Source: Myxococcota bacterium
GTDB lineage: Bacteria > Myxococcota_A > UBA9160 > PR03
NCBI GenBank assembly: GCA_041611735.1
Contig: JBFIML010000002.1
Coordinates: 1-64,000 of the forward strand
Direction: 5' to 3'
Length of the DNA stretch: 64,000 bases
The number at the start of each line of letters is the position of its first letter. Positions within the stretch are counted from its first letter, which is position 1. Position numbers and translations under genes: made by a program. Shown here in pieces: positions 57,355 to 64,000 of the stretch. A model generated the notes under the pieces. The model did no database searches, was not told where the DNA came from, and saw nothing but the letters and a program-made list of their open reading frames with translations.

Positions 57355-58268
57355 TTCGCCACGCTGTGGAAGATCTCTTCGAGACCGAACAAGGGACGGA
57401 AGTTGGTGGCCTCGACGAAGCGCTTCCCGGAGAGCGTCACCGGGTACTTGAGGTAGTCGATCGCGCCGGTCGGATAGGGCCAGATACCCCAACGGAACAT
57501 GCGCTCGAACAACGGCCGCACCAGGGGCTCCGGCAGCGCCAGCGCCGTGCCCCCCGACTCGCGGATCGCCGTGGAGAGCGGGACCGCACCGGGCCCGGCC
57601 ACGTTGAAGACGCCCTGGAGGCCGTGCTCGAGGGCGAGGGCGATGGCCTCGGAGACATCCTCCTCGTGGAGGAACTGCATCATCGGGTCGAACCCGAGGA
57701 TGGTCGGCACCCGCCTCTGGCGCAGATAGGAACCGATCATGGAGTGCACGTAGTAGCCGAGCACGTTCACGGGGCGCAGCACGCAGGTGCGGATGTGGGG
57801 ATACTTCCACAGGAAGGCGCTCGCGAGGGTGTCGACCTCCACCAGGTCACGGATCTCGGGGTAGGACCGGCTCGCCGAGAGGGGTTGATCCTCGTCCATG
57901 TAGTAGGGGTTCTCCGGGAAGGCCCCGTAGACGTAGCCGCTGGAGAGCACCACGAGCTTCTGGACGCCGTAGTTGACGCAGTGGTCGAGCACCTGCTTGG
58001 TGCCCCTCACGTTCACCTCGTGGCGGATCCGGTCGGAGACGCGGAAGTGGCGCACGAAGGCCATGTGGACCAGGGCGGTGGGCATCTCCGTGCGGACCAC
58101 GTCCTCGAACTTCTTCTTGCGCAGGTCCACCACGTGGACCTTCACGTCGCGGGGACGCCCCTCCCAGCGCGCGCGGTCCACGCCGCACACCTCGTAGCTC
58201 TCCAGGAGCCGGCGGGCGAGCAGCCGCCCCTGGCCCCCCGAGATCCCGGTGATCAGGACCTTTTCCAT
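57351..58268 (-). CDS. NAD-dependent epimerase/dehydratase family (extended SDR)
   Basis: VLITGISGGQG, NVRGT, LSSGYVYGA, QFLHEED. Confidence 0.86.
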   Translation of the reverse strand: MEKVLITGISGGQGRLLARRLLESYEVCGVDRARWEGRPRDVKVHVVDLRKKKFEDVVRTEMPTALVHMAFVRHFRVSDRIRHEVNVRGTKQVLDHCVNYGVQKLVVLSSGYVYGAFPENPYYMDEDQPLSASRSYPEIRDLVEVDTLASAFLWKYPHIRTCVLRPVNVLGYYVHSMIGSYLRQRRVPTILGFDPMMQFLHEEDVSEAIALALEHGLQGVFNVAGPGAVPLSTAIRESGGTALALPEPLVRPLFERMFRWGIWPYPTGAIDYLKYPVTLSGKRFVEATNFRPLFGLEEIFHSVAK

Positions 58269-58376
58269 CGGGTCTCCGGGTAGTTGCGGTGGGAGGGTAC
58301 CCGCTTCGGGTAGCCCGTTCTACTCTGCCGCCCCGCGCTTCCGTGGTATATAGAGGCGCCCCCCGGAGGGAAGGCC

Positions 58377-59096
58377 GTGGTCGAGCCGGCGCCCCGCTTC
58401 GAGGCCGTGAAGATCCCGCTGGACGAGCCCGTGAACGAGCTCGACAGCGTCAGCGGCGTGCTCGGCATCCCGGAGTGGTGGCCCACCGGATCCCGGGTGG
58501 GCATCGTGATCTCCCACGGGGCGGCCCGGAACCTGTCGGATCCGCTCCTGGAGGCGCTCCAGCGCGGGCTCACCGAGCGCAAGTACCTGTCCCTGCGTTT
58601 CAACTTTCCGTTCGGGGAGTCCGGCAAGCGGCGCCCGGATCCCGAGCCGGTCCTGCAGCGCACCTTCCGCGCGGCGACGGCCCTGCTCGGCCGCGACCCC
58701 ACCGCCGCACCGGCGCACCTGTTCGTGGGCGGAGCGGGCATCGGCGGTCAGGTGGCGGCCCAGATCGCCGCCGGTCGCGCGCGCGTGGACGGTGTCTTCC
58801 TGCTCGGCTACCCGCTCCACTCCCGCGACGACCCGACCCGGAACGTGCAGACAGACGCCCTGTTCCGCATCGTTTCGCCGCTCCTGTTCATCCAGGGCAC
58901 GCGCGATCGCCACTGCGACCTGGAGGCCCTGCGCCAGACCCTGGCCCGCGTGGGCGCCCCCACCACCATGCACGTCGTGGAGGAGGCGGACCAGTACTTC
59001 GGGGTGCCCAAGCGCTCGGGCCGCGGCCTCGACGACGTGGTGCAGGAGATGCTCGACGCGCTGGACAGCTGGTGCCAGCGGGTGCTCGGCGCGTAG
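58377..59096 (+). CDS. Alpha/beta hydrolase fold protein (KANL3/Tex30-like), apparently lacking catalytic Ser and His
   Basis: SHGA, LRFNFPF, GYPLH, QGTRD, VPKRSG family motifs; GGAGIGG and ADQYF at the Ser and His positions. Confidence 0.8.
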   Translation: MVEPAPRFEAVKIPLDEPVNELDSVSGVLGIPEWWPTGSRVGIVISHGAARNLSDPLLEALQRGLTERKYLSLRFNFPFGESGKRRPDPEPVLQRTFRAATALLGRDPTAAPAHLFVGGAGIGGQVAAQIAAGRARVDGVFLLGYPLHSRDDPTRNVQTDALFRIVSPLLFIQGTRDRHCDLEALRQTLARVGAPTTMHVVEEADQYFGVPKRSGRGLDDVVQEMLDALDSWCQRVLGA

Positions 59097-59101
59097 CGCC
59101 C

Positions 59102-59605
59102 GTGTGGCACGCTTTCGGGGACCGGCTGCGCCGCGCCGTCCTCCTGGACGGCGCCGTCTACCGGGAAGTGGCGGCCGACGTCCACGCCACGGGGCCAGCG
59201 GTCGCCGTGGTGATCGGCTCGGCCCTGGCGGAGGGGCTCGGTCGCCTGCCGGGCGAGGGACTGGCGGGTCTGCTGGCGAGCGTGGCCGAGGGCTGTCTCG
59301 CCTGGTCGTTCTGGCTGCTGGGCGTCGCCGTCAGCATGCGGCTGCTCGAAGACACGCCCTTCCCGCCGCTCTTCCGGGCGCTCGGCTTCGCGGCGGCGCC
59401 CTTCGCCCTGGGCGCCCTGGAGCCGCTTCCGTGGATCGGAAGCCTCGTTCTGCTGGCCAAGTGGGCGCTCGGTCTGGCCGCCGCGGTGACCGCGCTGCGA
59501 GAGGGGCTGGGGGTGGAAACACCCGGGGCCCTGCTCGGCTGCGGCTGCGGTCTGCTGGCGGCCGTCCTGCTCTCGCTCCCGTTGGCGTGGCTGGTGGGCC
59601 CCTAG
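59102..59605 (+). CDS. YIP1-like membrane protein
   Basis: C-terminal part of ORF 58289..59605; RAVLLDGAVYREVAAD, LFRALGFAAAP, several TM helices. Confidence 0.68.
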   Translation: MWHAFGDRLRRAVLLDGAVYREVAADVHATGPAVAVVIGSALAEGLGRLPGEGLAGLLASVAEGCLAWSFWLLGVAVSMRLLEDTPFPPLFRALGFAAAPFALGALEPLPWIGSLVLLAKWALGLAAAVTALREGLGVETPGALLGCGCGLLAAVLLSLPLAWLVGP

Positions 59606-59618
59606 AGCCAAACCCGGT

Positions 59619-59647
59619 TTCAATCTCACTGTTTGCGGTGGTAAGAT
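59619..59647 (+). promoter_or_regulatory. sigma-70-like promoter
   Basis: TTCAAT-N17-TAAGAT with extended TG, in an AT-richer intergenic patch. Confidence 0.5.
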
Positions 59648-59682
59648 GCCGTTTGTCGGGGGGTGGGATCGGGAGAGCCGTC

Positions 59683-60393
59683 TTGCCCCGACCCGATCCG
59701 TCACGTCTGCTTCCGGCGGGCAACCAGCCGACCCGGGGCCCGCTCACGGTACTGCTGCTGGGCATCCTGCTCGTCGCTCCGGGCGCCTTGGCGGAGCCGC
59801 CCGCTCCCGAACCCACCACCCACATCGTTCAGGCCGGAGAGACGGTCTGGCGCATCGCTCGCCGCTACGACGCCACGGTGGAGGAGCTGGTCCGCGCCAA
59901 TCGGATCACGGACGTGACCCGCGTGTTCGCGGGCGCGGAGCTGGTCATCCCGGGCAAGCGCACGCCCCAGCGCGTCCCCCGAGCGGCGGCCCCGCCAGCC
60001 GCCAGCGTCTTCGAGGCGCTGCTGGCCCGGGCCGAGTCCGAGGTGGCCGAGGCGCGCTTCGAGCAGGCGCTGGCCACGGTGGCGGAGGCGCGCGCCCGGC
60101 TCGCCGCCGACCCGGGGAGCCCGGTGCCCGGGGCGAAGACCGCGCGCCTGGAGGTGCTGGCGGCCACCGCAGAGGCGGCCTTCGGGCGCCAGGGAGCCGC
60201 CCTGGAGAGCTTCGTGCGGGCCCTCACCGCCGATCCCCGCCTGGAGCTGGACCGGGGCGCCACCTCGCCCAAGCTCCTGCGCAGCTACGATGCGGCGCGC
60301 GACCTCATGCGTCCGGTGGGCCGGCCGGCGTCCCCAGGGCGTTCTGCAACCGGTTCACGAGACGCCCCACGCCACCCCCCGCCCAGCTCTTGA
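59683..60393 (+). CDS. LysM-domain secreted protein with TPR-like C-terminus
   Basis: HIVQAGETVWRIARRYDATVEELVRANRI..GAELVIP; TTG start with GGGAG. Confidence 0.78.
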   Translation: MPRPDPSRLLPAGNQPTRGPLTVLLLGILLVAPGALAEPPAPEPTTHIVQAGETVWRIARRYDATVEELVRANRITDVTRVFAGAELVIPGKRTPQRVPRAAAPPAASVFEALLARAESEVAEARFEQALATVAEARARLAADPGSPVPGAKTARLEVLAATAEAAFGRQGAALESFVRALTADPRLELDRGATSPKLLRSYDAARDLMRPVGRPASPGRSATGSRDAPRHPPPSS

Positions 60394-60670
60394 CCCGCTT
60401 CCCGTCCACGTAGAGCACGTTGAAGGGCAGCGAGTCGACCGTGGCGATCCACGGGTTGGCACGCTTGAACTCCACGAGGCCGCGCTGGTCCAGCAACAGC
60501 TTGCCGAAACGCACCTCGCCGAAGCGCTCGTCCTCGGCCAGGAAGGCCTCCAGCTCCGCCGCCCATTGCCGGCACGCCTCGCAGTCGCTCTTGCCGAGCA
60601 CCAGCACGGCCCCCGGCGCGTCCAGGAAGGCCTTCCAGTTGCCGGCGTCCACGGCCTCGAAGCGACTCAC
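60305..60670 (-). CDS. Thioredoxin-like protein
   Basis: CEAC motif, cis-Pro loop SLPF, directly downstream of peroxiredoxin. Confidence 0.78.
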   Translation of the reverse strand: MSRFEAVDAGNWKAFLDAPGAVLVLGKSDCEACRQWAAELEAFLAEDERFGEVRFGKLLLDQRGLVEFKRANPWIATVDSLPFNVLYVDGKRVKSWAGGGVGRLVNRLQNALGTPAGPPDA

Positions 60671-60710
60671 CCTCGTCCCTCGCGACGCGGCCGCCGGCCG
60701 CGTCGCATTC

Positions 60711-61235
60711 TCAGCCCACGAACTTCTCGCCCTTGTGCCAGTCGGCCCCGCACAGGCCGCCGCTCTGGAGCGCCTGCACCGTGCGCAGCGTCTCGGCGGG
60801 GCTGCGCCCCACCGGCAGATCGTTGATCACCACCGAGCGGATCGTGCCCTTGTCGTCCACGATCACCGTGGCGCGGAAGGCGACGCCCTCTTCCTCCTTG
60901 AGCACCCCGAAGGCCTTGCTCACCTCGTGGTTCGTGTCGGCGAGGATCGGGTGGGTGATCTCCTGGGGAAAGGTCTTGCGATCCGCGAACCACGCCTTGT
61001 GGCTGAAGAAGGAGTCCGTGCTGACCCCGATCAGGGCGACGCCGTCGTCTTCGAACTCGCCGCTCAGGGATTGGAAGCCCTTGATCTCCGTCGGACAAAC
61101 GAAGGTGAAGTCCAGGGGATACCAATACAGGACGTACCACTTGCCCTTGTAGTCCTCGCTCTTGATCGTCTTCTGCTGGCCCTTCGCGTAGGCCGTGCCG
61201 CGCCAGGCGGGCGCCTTCTGACCGACCATGGACAT
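60711..61235 (-). CDS. ahpC: 2-Cys peroxiredoxin (AhpC/Tsa)
   Basis: YPLDFTFVCPTEI, VSTDS..SHKAW, GRS..E.LR..QALQ..GLC; AAGGAG RBS. Confidence 0.92.
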   Translation of the reverse strand: MSMVGQKAPAWRGTAYAKGQQKTIKSEDYKGKWYVLYWYPLDFTFVCPTEIKGFQSLSGEFEDDGVALIGVSTDSFFSHKAWFADRKTFPQEITHPILADTNHEVSKAFGVLKEEEGVAFRATVIVDDKGTIRSVVINDLPVGRSPAETLRTVQALQSGGLCGADWHKGEKFVG

Positions 61236-61396
61236 GGACGAACCACTCCTTGCCTTGTGGGGGGCGGGACGGCGCGGGCCGACCGCCGGCCGCGCATCCA
61301 CCCGTACCCGGTTGATCGCAAACCGTGCGGGGGTCGTCGAGAGCGGGCAGCATACAGGGGTTCGGGGAGGAAGCGCTCTTTCCCCTGGGGAACGCC

Positions 61397-62098
61397 ATGA
61401 CGGAACCGAGCGACCTCTACTTCCAACAGCTCCCGGTCGGGCGCATGGCCAACCTCGCCTACCTGATCGGGAGCCGCTCTGCCCGTCGGGCGTGGGTGGT
61501 GGACCCGGCCTGGGACGTGGACGCGTTGCTCGACCGGGCCGAGCGCGACGACGTGGAGGTCGTCGGGGCCCTCGTGACCCACTACCACCCGGACCACGTG
61601 GGAGGCGAGATCTTCGGGCACTCGATCGAGGGGCTGCCGCGTCTGCTGGCCCGCCGCCCGGTCCCGGTCCATGCCCACGCCGACGAGGCGGACGGGGTGC
61701 GGCGGGTGACGGGGATCTCGACCTCGGACCTGGTGGCCCACGAGGCCGGCGACGTGCTGGCCCTCGGGGAGGTGCGCGTGCGGCTGCTGCACACGCCGGG
61801 GCACACGCCTGGCTCCCAATGCTTCCTGGTGGAGGAGCGGGGGCACCCGGGACGGCTGGTCTCGGGCGACACGCTCTTCCTGGGCGGGTGCGGCCGGGTG
61901 GACCTGCCGGGGGGGGATCCGGAGGCCATGTACCGCAGCCTGACGGGGGTGCTGCGGGCCCTCCCGGACGCGACGCAGATCTTCCCGGGTCACCTCTACG
62001 CGCCCGAGGCCTCGTCCACCCTGGGCAGCGAGAAGCAGCGGAATCCCACCCTGCGCGTGACCAGCCTCGATCAGTTCCTGCGCTTCGTGGGGGCCTGA
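61397..62098 (+). CDS. MBL-fold metallo-hydrolase (glyoxalase II-like)
   Basis: THYHPDH, HTPGHTPGS, GDTLFLGGCGR, PGH. Confidence 0.9.
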   Translation: MTEPSDLYFQQLPVGRMANLAYLIGSRSARRAWVVDPAWDVDALLDRAERDDVEVVGALVTHYHPDHVGGEIFGHSIEGLPRLLARRPVPVHAHADEADGVRRVTGISTSDLVAHEAGDVLALGEVRVRLLHTPGHTPGSQCFLVEERGHPGRLVSGDTLFLGGCGRVDLPGGDPEAMYRSLTGVLRALPDATQIFPGHLYAPEASSTLGSEKQRNPTLRVTSLDQFLRFVGA

Positions 62099-62171
62099 GC
62101 GGGCGTCGGCCGCGGCCCTGCACATCGCCCCAAGTCCGCGAACTGGAGTCACTTTTCGGCGCCTGGCCCGG

Positions 62172-62200
62172 TTGAAATCGCTTCGCCCGTCGGTTAGGGT
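62172..62200 (+). promoter_or_regulatory. sigma-70-like promoter for etfBA
   Basis: TTGAAA-N17-TAGGGT. Confidence 0.5.
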
Positions 62201-62272
62201 TCTGCCGCCCAAGACGACCCCCCGGGACAGTCCGAGCCGGGGAGTGCTCTCTCCCACGGAGGCTCCCGCGCC

Positions 62273-63055
<783 letters not shown>

Positions 63056-63076
63056 GCCGGCGAGGGGAACGACGCC

Positions 63077-64000
63077 ATGGGCAGCATCCTCCTGGTCGCA
63101 GAGCTGCAGAAGGGCAAGATCCGTGAGGCCACCTACGAGCTGGTCTCCTTCGCGCGCAAGCTGGCGGAGGGCACGGGTCGCCAGGTGCACAGCCTCGTCC
63201 TCGGCGCGAGCGCGGGCGGGCCGGCGGAAGAACTGGCCAAGCGCGGCGGCGGGCAGGTGCACCTGGCGGAGGACGCATCGCTCGAGCACTACCAGCTCGA
63301 TCCGTTCCTGAAGGTAGTTCAGGCGGCCGTCGATGCCGCGTCCCCCGACGTGGTGCTCCTCTCGAACACGCCGACGGGCTGGGACCTGGCGCCGCGCCTG
63401 GCCGCCGCCCGGGACGCCGCCTTCGTGAGCGACTGCTTCGACCTGCAGGTGCAGGGCGAATCGCTCGTCTTCCTGCGCCGCCTCTTCAACGGCAAGCTCG
63501 ATGCGCGCATGGTCCCTACGCTGCCCGTCGTCGCCACCATGCAGCCGGGCGCGACGGCCGCCTTCGAGGGGTCGAGCCAGGGTCAGGTGTCGAAGCTCGA
63601 TGCCGGGCTGGCCGGCGTGGAGTCCCGCACGGAGTTCGTGGAAGTGCGCGAGGCCGAGAAGAAGGGGGTCGATCTCACCAAGGCCAGCATCATCGTATCG
63701 GGAGGGCGCTCCCTCGGCGGCCCGGAGAAGTTCCAGGAGGTGATCAAGCCGCTGGCGGACGCCCTCGGCGGCGCCATGGGCGCGTCGCGCCCGGTGGTGG
63801 ACGCGGGCTGGCTCCCACACGCCTACCAGGTGGGCTCGTCGGGGCAGGTCGTCTCGCCCAAGCTCTACATCGCCGCGGGGATCTCCGGAGCGATCCAGCA
63901 CCTAGTCGGCATGAAGAGCTCCAACTACATCATCGCCATCAACAAGGATCCGGATGCCCCGATCTTCGAGGTGGCCGATCTCGGCGTGGTCGCGGATCTC
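63077..64000 (+). CDS. etfA: Electron transfer flavoprotein alpha subunit (runs off window end)
   Basis: Not in ORF track; manual translation gives GASRPVVDAGW, QVGSSGQVVSPKLYIAAGISGAIQHLVGM, AINKDPDAPIF. Confidence 0.94.
   Translation, partial: MGSILLVAELQKGKIREATYELVSFARKLAEGTGRQVHSLVLGASAGGPAEELAKRGGGQVHLAEDASLEHYQLDPFLKVVQAAVDAASPDVVLLSNTPTGWDLAPRLAAARDAAFVSDCFDLQVQGESLVFLRRLFNGKLDARMVPTLPVVATMQPGATAAFEGSSQGQVSKLDAGLAGVESRTEFVEVREAEKKGVDLTKASIIVSGGRSLGGPEKFQEVIKPLADALGGAMGASRPVVDAGWLPHAYQVGSSGQVVSPKLYIAAGISGAIQHLVGMKSSNYIIAINKDPDAPIFEVADLGVVADL

Noticed and set aside
59602-59625. CTAGAGCC... after a stop codon, resembling an IS/MITE end
   Set aside because: No matching inverted repeat found, and the region is explained by a promoter

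Overview
High-GC, gene-dense chromosomal window from a diderm bacterium (TonB receptor, PEP-CTERM proteins, sigma-54 site, PilZ); a Myxococcota/deltaproteobacteria-like host is my inference. About 60 genes, mostly metabolic. Most long Arg/Pro/Gly-rich ORFs in the track are shadows, and many starts were re-called. All family calls come from motif recognition by eye; no searches were run. Main observations: (1) two 'separate' ORFs at 9520-10233 are one iodothyronine-deiodinase-like selenoprotein (FGSYT-UGA-PPF plus a SECIS-like hairpin), coupled to a SnoaL-cupin lipoprotein. (2) A dispersed, apparently mosaic ethylmalonyl-CoA pathway (ccr, ecm/meaA, meaB, mch-like, Chloroflexus-type mcl), in which mcl is co-operonic with a divergent succinyl-CoA-synthetase-like ligase and a ferredoxin; PntAB, ETF, PduO and a cobalamin-riboswitch-controlled TonB receptor lie in the same window. 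(3) A sigma-54/IHF-driven PEP-CTERM cluster followed by a dockerin-bearing Zn-metallopeptidase coupled to a cohesin-like lipoprotein. (4) A 219-bp MITE-like element, repeated leaderless-promoter architecture, a probable dead alpha/beta hydrolase and a solo Cas4/AddB-like nuclease. No rRNA, tRNA, CRISPR array or transposase was seen.
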